A DNA stretch of 64,000 bases from Octopus sinensis (GCF_006345805.1 NC_043003.1:57846001-57910000), one strand, 5' to 3'. Positions 1 to 13,444 are shown, counted from the stretch's first letter. The notes: generated by a model not told the origin, from the sequence alone. Program-made: numbers and translations.

Positions 1-31
1 ATTTTGGGTATTACCCTTTGCTGGGTGTTTG

Positions 32-120
32 GTTACTCATGTTTGTCTAATACCTCATAATAAAGGAATTCATCCAGGTGTTGTTTGAAGGTTTTGTGAG
101 ACTTTTTCTTCCTTGATTTA
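32..120 (-). pseudogene. Possible 3' end of a decayed LINE reverse transcriptase (CR1/L2-like)
   Basis: Minus strand reads KSRKKKSHKTFKQHLDEFLYYEVLDKHE*. TFKQHLDEFL resembles the FKxxLDxFL C-terminal motif of CR1/L2 ORF2. Short and unverified. Confidence 0.25.
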
Positions 121-371
121 TTTCAAGAATGATGTTGGAAAATTCTTTTCTCTTTCTCTCCGTTTTCTTTTACCATCATGAAGCAGAATGAAAATTACTG
201 TTCTTTTCATAGGTATAAGGCCAGAAACTTGCTTAAGTTCTCTCATCTTGTTGACAGCAAAAAGATGAAACATAAAGTCTACGTCTGTAAGATTTGAACT
301 CGGGGTGTATAAAGCTAAATGAATGTCACAAAGCATTTTGTCCAGTACTTTAACAGTTCCGCCAATATTAC

Positions 372-738
372 TCCTTTACTTGTTTCAGTCATTTGAGTGT
401 GGCCGTGCTGGAGCACCACCTTTAGTCGAGCAAATCAACCCTAGGACTTATACTTTGTAAGCCTAGTACTTATTCTATCGTTCCCTTTTGCCAAACCTCT
501 AAGTTACAGGGACGTAAACACACCAGCATTGGTTGTCAAGCAATGCTGCGGGGACAAACACAGACGCACAAACATACACACACACACACATACACATATG
601 CATATATACGACGGGCTTCTTTCAGTTTCCATCTACCAAATCCACTCACAAGGCTTTGGTCGGCTCGAGGCTAAGACACTTGCCCAAGGTGCCACACAGT
701 GGGAATGAACCTGGAACTACTTACCACACAGCCACCCC
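372..738 (-). mobile_element. Family A tRNA-derived SINE
   Basis: Reverse complement of the head GTGGCTGTGTGGTAA..CCTTGGGCAAGTGTC..GTAGATGGAAACTGAAAGAAGCCCGTCG, a (TA/TG)n spacer and the tail ..GGTGCTCCAGCACGGCCACACTCAAATGACTGAAACAAG; same layout as 20308-20690. Confidence 0.8.
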
Positions 739-1364
739 TATGCCTATATAATGATAATAAATTATAATTTTAAGCAAGGTTTAAAAGCAACAACAAAAAT
801 ACAATGAAAATCCCTTCACACCAAATTCTGCATATAATTTTCTTCAAAATCATTTTACTGTCAGTTGTCTGTCTGTCCCTTCAACTCTCTCTCTCTCTCT
901 GTCCATCCATTCCACTTTATCTCTACTTCTTCCTCTCCATTTCTCTCTCTCTCTCCTTTTATCACTGTCTCTGTCCCTTCCTTTCTCTTGCTATGTCTCT
1001 GCCTCTCTCTCTCTCTCCTGTTATCTCTGTCTGTGTGTTTGTCTCTCTCTCTTTCTCTCTGTCTCTCTCTCTCTCTCCCTACTTGTTTTTCCTTCTTTGT
1101 TTCTCTCACTTTCTGTTTCTCTCTCCCCTCTTCCCCACCTCTCTTTCCCCCTCTCTCACCTGACTCACAAAGGAGAAAGAGCTACAACTTCTACTACCAT
1201 GACCACCACTTCTGCATGTAATTATTTCTGCTCCTAGCTAAAATTACACAGTCCCATGAACTCTAAGGTATATATTTATCAGCTTCTTGCTCTTGCTGCT
1301 GTTGTCATCCGCATTGTTGTCTGTTACACAGGACAAAATATATAAATTAAATTTGGGGGTAGTG

Positions 1365-1653
1365 GCAGCGGTGGCGGTGGGGGTGGTGGTGGTGGTGGTG
1401 GTGGTGGTGGTGGTGGTGGTGGTGGTGGTTCGGGATGGGTGGCTGAACACACTATATGATGGTACTAAGCTGGCATGCGGATTTAGATTAGAAAAGGGGA
1501 GGGTCTCGACATTTAACTATTTCATAACAAGTCATTTCTTTTGTTTGTTTGTCATGTTTTGGCAGACAAATTGGACAGAGGTGTGAAGAACTTCAGTGTT
1601 TGGTGGTGGTGGTGGTAGCAGCAGCAGCAGCAGTAGCAGTAGTAGTGGTAGTG

Positions 1654-1686
<33 letters not shown>

Positions 1687-1925
1687 AGTAGCAGTAGTAA
1701 TGGTGGTGGTGGTGGTAGTAGTAGTAATGGTGGTGGTGTAGGTAGTAGTAGTAGTAGTAGTGGTAATGGTGGTGGTGGCCGTCATAGTACTGGTAATGGT
1801 CATGGTGGCCGTCGTAGTACTGGTAATGGTGGTGGTAGTAGTAGTGGTAATGGTGGTGGTGGTAGTAGTGGTAATGGTGGTGGTAGTAGTAGTAGTGGTG
1901 ATGGTGGTAGTGCTGGTAGTTGCAG
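1365..1925. repeat. Compound (GGT)n/(AGT)n/(GCA)n microsatellite
   Basis: Directly visible; explains the poly-V/G/S/H/Y ORFs. Confidence 0.95.
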
Positions 1926-2223
1926 GTGTATTTAGCCAAGCACACTTTTTGTCAAAGACATAAGGAAGGTTTGAATACTATTCTGGGCACGTCAAGCATC
2001 TACAGCAGGAGTTCCCGTGTAGTACTGGTAGTAGCAGTAGTAGTCATAGGAGTAGTTTAGCCCAGCAGACTTCTGATCAGCTGTTTAGCCATATGTGAAA
2101 CCCCACTCCCTCAGAACAAGTTAGTTTTTATTATCAAAAGTCTCCAATCCTTGTGACCAGCCTGTTTATTTTAGGGTTATATCTAGACTCCGGTTACCCA
2201 TGTGTCAGTTCTTTATTTAACTC

Positions 2224-2735
2224 TTAACCCCTTTAACATTCAGATTACTCTATCAGATGTATCCCTTATTCATTCACATTTATCACCATCATTTAACATC
2301 CGTTTTCCATGCTAGCATGGGTTGGACAGTTCGACCAAGGTCTGGGGAAACCAGGAGGCTGCACCAGGCTCCAGTCTGATCTGACAGTGTTTCTACAGCT
2401 GGATGCCCTTCCTAACACCAACCACTCCGTGAGTGTAGTGAGTGCTTTTTACATGCCACTGGCACAGGGGCCAGTTGTGGCTGGCAACGGCCACGATCAG
2501 CTGGTGCTTTTTACGTGTCACCGGCACGGACACCAGTCAAGGCAGTGCTGGCATCGGCCACATTCGGATGATGCTGTTTTAGATTAATCATGCATTATCT
2601 CATACCCTTGAGATTTCGATGGTATGGTCGTTTATTTTTGGATGACATTGTAAGGTAGGTGTGAGAAGCCAGAGCTGACCAGTATGAGCATAAAACAAAT
2701 AGGATATTTGGGTCAGATATGGCTGGTTTAAATAC
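2224..2735 (+). mobile_element. piggyBac-type MITE interrupted by a SINE
   Basis: Begins TTAA-CCCCTTTAACATT; body matches copies at 57686-58071 and 62585-62789, the latter with TTAA at both ends and CCCTTT(T)AGCATT TIRs. Right end decayed. Confidence 0.7.
2281..2574 (-). mobile_element. Family C SINE with RTE-like 3' tail
   Basis: CATCATTTAACATCCGTTTTCCATGCTAGCATGGGTTGGAC.. is the reverse complement of the (ATG)n-tailed 3' end seen on plus at 7310-7385. Confidence 0.8.
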
Positions 2736-3314
2736 TTGACAGCTAAAGTCTTTCAATGTTAAATACTTGACGGCTAAAGTCCTCCCAATTCTAGAAGCTA
2801 AGAGATTTTGATGAAACACATTTTGTCCATTATAAAAATGATAAAAATATAACTGATATAACACAATGATCATTGATGTACATTGTGAATGTGGTTTTTA
2901 TCACTTGTTAATTTTTACTTATTGCCATGTCACTTTCACTTTCCCAAGGCTGTTGAATACAGTTAAGTTGGTTATATCTATCTTTAAATATATTTACGAG
3001 CTATTGGTTTCTGGACATCAGTTTCCTAACTAACCGTTAATGTATAAATAATTATAAATAAATCATTTTAAGTCACTGCTTGAGGAATTATCAGCCTTTG
3101 TGCTTGAAAAATCAAAGGAAAGGAAACTCTTGTGAAATTTCCTTGATAAATCAAAGAAAAAAAATATCCTGCAAGAATACACCTGGACATTGAGAAATAT
3201 TACCTTGGTTGGAAATAGGTGAGGATTGGTAACAGGAAAGGCATCCAAATGTAGAATATTTGCCTCAAATGAACTTCATTCAAGCATGGAAAAATGGATA
3301 TTAAATGACGATTG

Positions 3315-3348
<34 letters not shown>

Positions 3349-3666
3349 TAACATTATTATTGTTGTTATTGTTAATTGCTTGAAAACTACATCAACAGTT
3401 TCTCCTTTCATTCCGATCATTCTTGTTGTTGTTTTGTTGTTGTTGTTATCATCACACAATTTGAAAACTTGGTGCATTAAAATAATATAGCATCAAAATT
3501 ACTGGTGTTTATTACATGGCGTTTTTGAAATTATTGCATTAAGTTTCCATCGGAATCTGATGTGTGCGTGTGTCAGTTAAATGGCTTCCCATTTTCAACG
3601 AAGCCATTCAGATACACAAACACACACACACACATATATATATGTATATATACACACACATATATA

Positions 3667-3706
<40 letters not shown>

Positions 3707-4033
3707 GCATATAGTCATACATTCGTTGTGTGTGTGTGCATTTTTTGGGCGGTTCAATTTAGACAACTTTATGAATTTATATAATTTCATTTTATCTTAT
3801 TTTTCAAGAGTGCGGTTGTTTAACCAAATCAAAAATAAGAAATAACTGTAGCATATGGCGGGTTTATTGATTGCAACCATTAGTGGCATTTGTTTTGTTT
3901 TGTATTTTTGCAGATACCGGCATATAATATAATGGTTGTGTTTTAAAAAGTTTGAAAAAAATTTTACGGAAATAGTTCTAAAACAAGAGAACGGGTTTAA
4001 TTTTATAATTTAAATTATCATTATTTTTGTCAC

Positions 4034-4067
<34 letters not shown>

Positions 4068-4684
4068 GGCATTAATATTATTGGTTGTTGGTTTGATTTT
4101 ATTCTGCTTGGTCAAATCAGTATGCTGTCTTGCTGCAATACTGATCGAAAAGGTTGAGGGTTCAAATCCTGCTGTCACAAGAGTGACTTTTTTTACTTTT
4201 ATGACAGCTTCTGATGTTTCACCATTCCACCATTATTATCATCACCACCATCGTCGTCATCATCATCACCACCATCATCATCATCATCACCACCACCGAC
4301 ATCATTATCACCAGTGTTTAACGTCTACATATCCATGCTTGCATGGGTTAGACTAAATTTTTCCAAGGCATATATTTTTACAGTTGGATGCCCTTCCTGT
4401 TGCCAAATTTCACCTGTTTCCAGGCAAGGCAATATTTCACCATAGCCAGATGTGTTCTATCACAGAAGATTAGAAACTAACAACATCGCTAGTATGAGGC
4501 CAATGCTTGTTTACAACCATGATATCAAGACAAAGAGACACACACACACACATATATATATATGACAGGCTTCTTTGTCAGCCCAATTTATAGAAAAAGA
4601 TGCCAAAGTTGCTGAACAGGGGAACTGAACTTGATGCCACATGGTTCGAAAGCATATTTCTTAATGACACAGCTACACCTGCAC

Positions 4685-4761
<77 letters not shown>

Positions 4762-4768
4762 TATATAT

Positions 4769-4811
<43 letters not shown>

Positions 4812-5210
4812 TGCAGAAATGGCTGTGTGGTAAGTAGCTTGCTTACCAGCCACATGGTTCTGGGTTCAGTCCCACTGCATGGCACCTTGGGCAGGTGTTT
4901 TCTACTATAGCCTCAGGCCAACCAAAGCCTTGTGAGTGGAATTTGTAGACGAAACTGAAAGAAGCCCGTCGTGTGTGTGTGTATACATATATATGTATGT
5001 ATGTGTCTATGTGTTTGTCCCCGCCACCCACCATTGCTTGACAACCAATGTTGGTGTGTATACATCCCCATAACCTAGCTGTTTGATAGAATAAGTACTA
5101 GGCTTACAGAGAATAAGTCCTGAGATCGATTTGTTCAACTAAAAGGCAGTGCTCCAGCATGGCCACAGTCAAATGACTGAAACAGATAAAAGAGTAAAAG
5201 AGAGTAAAGA

Positions 5211-5257
<47 letters not shown>

Positions 5258-6231
5258 TATAGTCATACATTCGTTGTGTGTGTGTGCATTTTTTGGGCGG
5301 TTCAATTTAGACAACTTTATGAATTTATATAATTTCATTTTATCTTATTTTTCAAGAGTGCGGTTGTTTAACCAAATCAAAAATAAGAAATAACTGTAGC
5401 ATATGGCGGGTTTATTGATTGCAACCATTAGTGGCATTTGTTTTGTTTTGTATTTTTGCAGATACCGGCATATAATATAATGGTTGTGTTTTAAAAAGTT
5501 TGAAAAAAATTTTACGGAAATAGTTCTAAAACAAGAGAACGGGTTTAATTTTATAATTTAAATTATCATTATTTTTGTCACTGTTGTTGTTGTTGTTGTT
5601 GTTGTTGTTGGCATTAATATTATTGGTTGTTGGTTTGATTTTATTCTGCTTGGTCAAATCAGTATGCTGTCTTGCTGCAATACTGATCGAAAAGGTTGAG
5701 GGTTCAAATCCTGCTGTCACAAGAGTGACTTTTTTTACTTTTATGACAGCTTCTGATGTTTCACCATTCCACCATTATTATCATCACCACCATCGTCGTC
5801 ATCATCATCACCACCATCATCATCATCATCATCACCACCACCGACATCATTATCACCAGTGTTTAACGTCTACATATCCATGCTTGCATGGGTTAGACTA
5901 AATTTTTCCAAGGCATATATTTTTACAGTTGGATGCCCTTCCTGTTGCCAAATTTCACCTGTTTCCAGGCAAGGCAATATTTCACCATAGCCAGATGTGT
6001 TCTATCACAGAAGATTAGAAACTAACAACATCGCTAGTATGAGGCCAATGCTTGTTTACAACCATGATATCAAGACAAAGAGACACACACACACACACAT
6101 ATATATATATGACAGGCTTCTTTGTCAGCCCAATTTATAGAAAAAGATGCCAAAGTTGCTGAACAGGGGAACTGAACTTGATGCCACATGGTTCGAAAGC
6201 ATATTTCTTAATGACACAGCTACACCTGCAC

Positions 6232-6308
<77 letters not shown>

Positions 6309-6708
6309 TGCAGAAATGGCTGTGTGGTAAGTAGCTTGCTTACCAGCCACATGGTTCTGGGTTCAGTCCCACTGCATGGCACCTTGGGCAGGTGTTTTCT
6401 ACTATAGCCTCAGGCCAACCAAAGCCTTGTGAGTGGAATTTGTAGACAGAAACTGAAAGAAGCCCGTCGTGTGTGTGTGTATACATATATATGTATGTAT
6501 GTGTCTATGTGTTTGTCCCCGCCACCCACCATTGCTTGACAACCAATGTTGGTGTGTATACATCCCCATAACCTAGCTGTTTGATAGAATAAGTACTAGG
6601 CTTACAGAGAATAAGTCCTGAGATCGATTTGTTCAACTAAAAGGCAGTGCTCCAGCATGGCCACAGTCAAATGACTGAAACAGATAAAAGAGTAAAAGAG
6701 AGTAAAGA

Positions 6709-6709
<1 letters not shown>
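3707..6709. repeat. ~1.5-kb direct tandem duplication
   Basis: Units 3707-5211 and 5255-6709 (start offset 1548) are near-identical apart from microsatellite lengths; joined by (TA)n. Each carries family C and family A SINEs. Confidence 0.95.
4810..5211 (+). mobile_element. Family A SINE (second copy at ~6307-6709)
   Basis: Head GGCTGTGTGGTAAG..GGTTCAGTCCC and tail ..GACTGAAACAGATAAAAGAGTAA. Confidence 0.8.
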
Positions 6710-6745
<36 letters not shown>

Positions 6746-6984
6746 GCATAGTGATATTAATAACCTGCTGTCAGAACTCAATATACTGGTACTTCAGAAT
6801 AAAGTGTTAGTCAAGTACAGAGTGTAATATGAAATTAAATAAATGACAAAGGAACAGGAAGTTATGTAATGAACTTCATTATCTTACAGCTGTTTCTGCT
6901 GTAAGTAATAGTGCACTCGGAACTTGTGCATCACCTTATACCTTTGTCAGTGTATCAAATATATACACGTATATATGCTTGCGA

Positions 6985-7349
6985 AGACATGTTGGGGCAA
7001 GTGAAATCAAAATCAAAATCGAATTGAACCAGCCAGGACCCCTGGACTGGTGGTACGTAAAAAGCACTATCCGACTCGTGGCCGATGCCAGCGCCGCCTC
7101 GACTGGCTTCCGTGCCGGTGGCACGTAAAATGCACCAATCCGACCGTGGCCGTTGCCAGCCTCGCCTGGCACCTGTGCAGGTGGCACGTAAAAAGCACCC
7201 ACTACACTCACGGAGTGGTTGGCGTTAGGAAGGGCATCCAGCTGTAGAAACATTGCCAGATAAGACTGGAGCTTGGGGCAGCCTTCTGGCTTCCCAGATC
7301 CCCGGTCGAACCGTCCAACCCATGCTAGCATGGAGAACGGACGTTAAAC

Positions 7350-7383
<34 letters not shown>

Positions 7384-7385
7384 TA
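6985..7385 (+). mobile_element. Family C SINE with RTE-like tail
   Basis: Ends ..CATGCTAGCATGGAGAACGGACGTTAAACGATGATGATG; internal GGCACGTAAAAAGCAC repeats. Confidence 0.85.
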
Positions 7386-8380
7386 TGTAGGTATAGTTAT
7401 TGAGTAGTACAATCTGAAAGATCCTGGTAAAGGAAGTTAGTAAGCTTTTAGCATGAACACTGCTAGCGTAGATGACAAAAGGTGTGCAATATATGATTAA
7501 GAGAGTTTAATTACTGTTATGTTTTACACTTCGTCCTATATTGAAATCAATGGAAATTTCAATAAGCTAACAGTCACTATACAACTTTGGCTTTAGCAAC
7601 TAAAATTGCTATGTAACAAACATCATTTAGCTTTGAAACATATGTAGTCTTTGTTTACCTCCATCAATTCTTTACATTGTTTGATTTTATATATGAGATA
7701 GAAAGAGTGCAACAGATTTGGTCAAAACTGGAACCACTTCAATCATAATTTTGTCCAAATGAGGCCAACTTAGAGCTCAACTGCCAGTGACACAGCTCAA
7801 GAAAATTTGGTCATCATTCCTTGCTACCAGCACAACCAACCCCTTCAATACTTTACTGTTCCCTTTCGAAGGTATTATTCTGTTTGTGTAAGAAATTCTT
7901 TAATTATTTGTTTACATAAAACCCTTTTTTTTTTTAATAATTTTTTTTTTCCTGTTCCAAGTTATAGTTTTGTATTTGCTTTCCTTTTTCCCATTTATTT
8001 CTTTCACTGGGTTTCATCTCTGACCTCTCTCTCCCTCTTCAAACCATAACTCCAACCCTTAGCTGTCACACACCCACACACATCTACCTCATCTTTTCCT
8101 CATCAGTCAAAATAAAAAAAAGTTCAGAGATGAAATAACATAGTACTTATAAACATATTCTCTCACCTTCTCACCTTTTTTCTTTTACCCTCCTCCCCCT
8201 CATCTTCTTCTAATCTTTCCTCTTACCACACCTCGCTTCATCTCATCTCACATCTTCCCCATCTCCCTTTCTCTCTCTCTCTCACACTCTTTCTCTCTGC
8301 TTATCTTAAAGGTTAGATACATAGATACAGCTGCAGAATTGCCTTGGCTTTCTAATTAATTTTCATCTTGTTATTATTAT

Positions 8381-8600
8381 TCTGCGTTCAAATCCCACCG
8401 GAGACGATTTTCTTTGCCTTTCATCTTTTCGGGGTACCAGGAAGAATGGGTGTGAGGTGGAAGGGTGGCTAGAAGAGAGGCAGGCTAGGGAAGGGTGCAT
8501 TGATAAATTAAGTACCAGTTGAGTGCTGCAATTGATTAAATCAAAACTATACCGCCCCATGCACCAAAATTTCTATGACTTGCGTGTCGTAAATGAGAAA
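8381..8600 (+). mobile_element. 5'-truncated family B SINE
   Basis: GTTCAAATCCC B-box, TTTGCCTTTCATCTTTTCGGGG core and GATAAATTAAGTACCAG, interrupted by a purine-rich insert. Confidence 0.6.
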
Positions 8601-8645
8601 TTACTATTATTATTATTACTATTATTATTATTATTATCATTATTA

Positions 8646-8688
<43 letters not shown>

Positions 8689-8884
8689 CATCATCCTATC
8701 CTCTACTCTTGGTTAGGTGACTTGCAAGCAAGGAGGAGATAGAAGGAACTCTCATTGGTAGCTAATGTAGTCCAGAAATCTATACGGCTCCATAGTGAGC
8801 CCTTTTGAGAGATAATTACATGCACACACAAGAACAACAACAACAATAGCAACAACTTCCACTCATCATTTGAGGTCTCTATAT

Positions 8885-9070
8885 AGTTACTCGACGTGCT
8901 AGAAGTAGCAACCAAATCTCATACAAATCCCAGCATATTGTGTCACAGAAAGGCACAACGGACAGCGTGGCCCTTGTTTCCTCTTCACATAGGGAAATGG
9001 GATGGTCATGGCTGGAATACTTTTAATCACAGCTCTGTCCCAGTGAGAGCTGAACCTAGGGCTAAAAAAT
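8885..9070 (+). mobile_element. Family D interspersed repeat (SINE-like)
   Basis: TACTCGACGTGCTAGAAGTAGCAACCAAATCTC..GGGATGGTCATGGCTGGAAT..GGGCTAAA; related pieces near 11790, 24000, 29900-30240, 30840-31100 and 59870. Confidence 0.6.
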
Positions 9071-9671
9071 AACACTGCTGTTTTTCTGATTTGTTGTGGT
9101 GATGTTTCCCATATAGCAGTATCTGCTCCTTAGGTTTCGCTGTGTTTGTGACATTGTTAACCTGTTTCCCTATACACAAGGCAGGGGTTCCCTTATACTT
9201 TTTCATTCCATTTACCCCCTGGCAACTTTCTGAGAGTAAATTTACCCCTCCCCCTCTTCACATTCTGTTTTGTTCAGTAATTTGAGTTGAAACTTTTGCC
9301 ATAATAAAACAGTTGACAAAGAAGAAATTTCAAAATACTGTTATTAAACATTTACTATTTTACATTCAACAAACAATAGCTGTAAAATAACACCTAACAA
9401 TGTTTCTTTACTTATTTATGAACTAATGGTGCAAGCATTGCTGTGTGGTAAGACATGGTTCTGGGTTCAGTCCCACTGTGTGACACTGTGAGCAAGTGTC
9501 TTCTATTATAGATAGCCTCAGATCTACAAAGGCCTTGTGAGATGATTTAGTAGATGGAAACAGAAAGAAGCTTGTCATGCAAGTACACATAAATGACAGA
9601 GGGAAAAAGACACCCTTATAATCATTAAAATTCCCTTATATCTGAAATTATACATTCAAATTATTTATTAA

Positions 9672-10540
9672 TTGTTATAATGTGAATATTTAATGAAGTG
9701 TCTTTATGGTCCCAGAAGTGTTCCATAGGGTCCATATCTAGTGACTGGCCTGGCCAGGGAAGCTTTTTAATGCCATTCTCATCCAACAAATGTGACAAGG
9801 AGCCCCATCTTCCATGAATAAAGAGTCTTCTGTAATCATTTCATCACTTGAGAAGATTGGAAGGAGTCCTTTCTGCAATATGGATACATATTTATCTGTG
9901 TTTATGTTTCCACTCCACCAGCTCTCCAGACAATCACAGAATAGACCATCACAGAATTGCTCCAGATAGCTCTCCAGACCATCACAGAATAGCTTCTGTG
10001 TTTCATTGTTAGCTGCAATCTTTTCACATTAAATTCTTGATCACAGGGTCTCCAGACCCACACTCAACCACTGTCAGGAAATACAGCAAATCTGGACTCA
10101 TCGGAGAATATGACAGTGTCCCAAAATGATAACAGCCTCTCCACCATCTCATTGACCCAATCTTTTCTCCGTTTGTTAAAGGCTGGTCGAAGAAGTGGCT
10201 TCCTTCTTGCCGCTTTGCCATAGTAACCAATTCTGTGGAGATACCTGACAGCTGTTCTGGGACTGACATCAACTTGTTATGCTATGTCAGAGGCCTTGCA
10301 TCAAGGATTATCCTCCACATTTCTCTTAGCAAAGAGAAGGGTCCTGTCAGAGGGCCCTGTTTGATCTGGTCGATGTAATGTGGACTCTTTCCCCTCTCTG
10401 GTGAATTGCACAATCACTCTATTAACTATAGAAAGCAGGATCCCAAGGTTTTCTGCGATTTTACACTATGTCCCCCTTCAGAATGACCCACAATATGGAT
10501 TCTTTGAAATTCAGACAGTTCCAAGGCTTCTTTTGAACAT
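9672..10540 (-). pseudogene. Tc1/mariner (Tc1-type DDE) transposase pseudogene
   Basis: Manual minus-strand translation with frameshifts and stops: [32 protein letters not shown] (HTH), [105 protein letters not shown]. Short internal rearranged duplication at ~9922-9993. TIRs not clearly recognisable. Confidence 0.92.
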
Positions 10541-11269
10541 TTCATAAAAAAATGTCAATTAATAAAAAATGTAAATCTTTACAAGTTAGAATAGACATAA
10601 AACTATGTCTTATAGTGTGTCTATTTGTCCACCACCACTACTTGACAACTGGTGTTGGTGTGTTTATGTCCCAAGAACTTAGCAGGTTGGCAAAAGAAAT
10701 CAATAGAATAAGTACAGGTTTAGAAACAAATAAGTAGATTCTTCGAGATGAGTGCCTCAGCATGTCCACAGTCTAATGACTGAAACAAGTAAAAGATAAA
10801 AAGATGGACAGATAAGTGAACACCACACAATCTTCTGAATTAAACTATTCCATTAGTAGCCACACTGTAATTAAGAAGTATACAATATAGATTGTTGATC
10901 TTAAGTGGTAGACAGAAAAACAAAACTTGCATTTATTCATGAAATGGTCCTACTTCAGATATTTTCGTTAAAACTTCAGATTTTTAAAAAAAATTATAAT
11001 TGATAAGCAAAACAAACTGATAAAGCCAGAATCAGGAGATTGAATTTACTTCCTGGGGCTAAATTTACTTCAGTTCGTAACTCCTAGCTTAAGATATATA
11101 TATGACAACTAATATTTCAATGAAGGAAAGTGTCAGGTCTGAAGCAGGAGTGAACAACTGTTTTTTTGTACCACGGGTTTCATGCAGGATAATTTTTACC
11201 ATAGACTGGTAGTGGTGGTGGTGGGGGGGATCATCTGCATAACAAAACACACTAAAATGCGTAATCAGC

Positions 11270-11415
11270 ATAATCATTATCATCCGCTTTCCATGCTGGC
11301 ATGGGTTGGATGGTTTGACTGAGGGCTGGCGAGCCAGAAGGTCGCACCAGGCTCCAATCCAATCTAGCCATATTTCTACAGCTGGATGCCCTTTCTAACA
11401 CCAACCACTCCAAGA
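11270..11415 (-). mobile_element. Family C SINE fragment
   Basis: CATCCGCTTTCCATGCTGGCATGGGTTGGATGG..CTACAGCTGGATGCCCT. Confidence 0.75.
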
Positions 11416-12526
11416 GTGAAGTGGGTGATATTCTCAATTTAAAACTCATCTCTGGCTAATCTTTGAGAGGACGTTGGTGTTGCCTTGGTGGAAGTTTCTG
11501 TTCTCTGAGTGCTCGTTTTATTTTGTGTCTGTATATATCTCCATTAAAACATACCTTATTCTTTGGTAAGATTTTTTTTATTGAGTTTTTCTCTGAACAC
11601 CAAATTTCTCACACCAAAAAAAAAACCCAAAAGGTTAATCATTTTACCACAATAATAATAGTTTTCAAAACGAATTTGGGAGACATATGTTTACCAAAGT
11701 GTTAAGGAAGATTTAACTGCTATTTCTTGTAGATTATGTGTCCATGTAGAGCAGGGTTTGGCAACAAGTGAGCTACAAATGTGGTGGTGGTTCTTGGTCA
11801 GTTCTTGTCAGGCAAACCTCAATGATCAAAGACATTCTTGCATTGAACATGCTCCCAGGCATATTCCTTAATTATTAACGAGAGTGTCATCTCAAGTGGC
11901 ACACCCATCTGACCAAATACAAACTTGCTTCAGGGTTTCACAACCAGGTGGCAGCAGGGTGGTGTTATCGTGATTTAACCATTAATTCACAGCTAAGTGC
12001 TTGTTTTCTATTGGGTTTAACTTATTTATCGGCATTCTCTTAGGTACAGCCATTTATCACAAGAGCTCATATTTCAACAGTGAAGTCTTGTCTATAATAA
12101 TAATTATTGTTGTTGTTTTTCATGTTGATGTTATTGTTTCCGTTCTTCTTTTGTTTTTCCTCTTGTGAATGTGTTCTGCAAAAATAAAAAAAAAGGGCCT
12201 TGGCATTTGGCTGTATGTAGATGTGTGTATATGTTTTATACGTATATATGTTGATAGTTTGTGTATCTTTATCACTTTCCTTCTGTATGCATGTGTAAGT
12301 GTGTGTGTATATATATATATGTATGTATATGTGTGTATATATATGTATGTATATGTGTATATGTATGTATGTATATATATATATGTATGTATATGCATAT
12401 GTATATATGTATGTGCATATATCATCATCATCGTTTAACGTCCGCTTTCCATGCTAGCATGGGTTGGACGGTAATATAAATGTATATATATGTATATATA
12501 TATATATATGTATGTATATATATATG

Positions 12527-12561
<35 letters not shown>

Positions 12562-12599
12562 GTATATATATGTGTATGTATATATATATATATGTATGC

Positions 12600-12638
<39 letters not shown>

Positions 12639-13216
12639 GTTCGTGTGTGTTTAAATATGTATAAAACGTGTGTATATGTGAGTGGTTTTATTCATGTATG
12701 TATATAAAGCACACATGTGTATTTCATTGCGTGTATGTATGTCTGTAAACATTTCTTTACAAGCAATAATTTTTTCAACAATTTTTTTTTCTTTTTCCGT
12801 TACAAATGTAATTTGTCAGCCAAAGAAATGAATTGTATTTTTAACTTAATTGTTTAACAGAACAGTAAAACCCACACAAACGCACACACATAAACACCTC
12901 GTATATATATATATATATACATACACACACAAACTCATAAATATCTCGTATACACATATACACACGCACGAGCACAGATCGAATGTTACACATCGTTATG
13001 GACGTACGTATGTGTGTGTGTATATATGCTTGTATGTAGCTGTGTATGTGATGGTGCTTGTCTAAGTATGTGTGTGGTGAGTGAATATATTGAATTTAAA
13101 CACCAGTTGTGAAGTGTTGGGATAATCTATTACAGCTCTTATTCGCAAGACCTCTTAAGCGCTCGAACATACTCTCCCACACTTTTCTCTCTTATTCTCT
13201 CTCTGTCTCTCTCCCC

Positions 13217-13263
<47 letters not shown>

Positions 13264-13298
13264 CACTTTCCCTATGTCTAACCGAACATACCCCCATA

Positions 13299-13330
<32 letters not shown>

Positions 13331-13444
13331 TTATAATGGAAAATAATAAATGGACAGGTGGATACAAGGCATCAAGTCATTTATAACGTATTTATTACAG
13401 AAGAGGTTATAAAAGTATAAAATTATATAAATTTAGCAGAAAAC

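Noticed and set aside
195-370. Strong splice acceptor TTCTTTTCATAG at ~211
   Set aside because: The downstream sequence is a decayed minus-strand family B SINE (AGG.A.AAGGCC.GAAA..GATTTGAACTC..AAGCATTTTGTCC).
10024-10272. 82-aa ORF as an independent gene
   Set aside because: It is an alternative frame of the Tc1 transposase pseudogene.
11728-11770. EGF-like CPCRAGFG reading with flanking splice signals
   Set aside because: TAGAGCAGGGTTTGGCAAC matches a hAT-type terminal sequence, the motif spacing is wrong, and no other cysteines are present.
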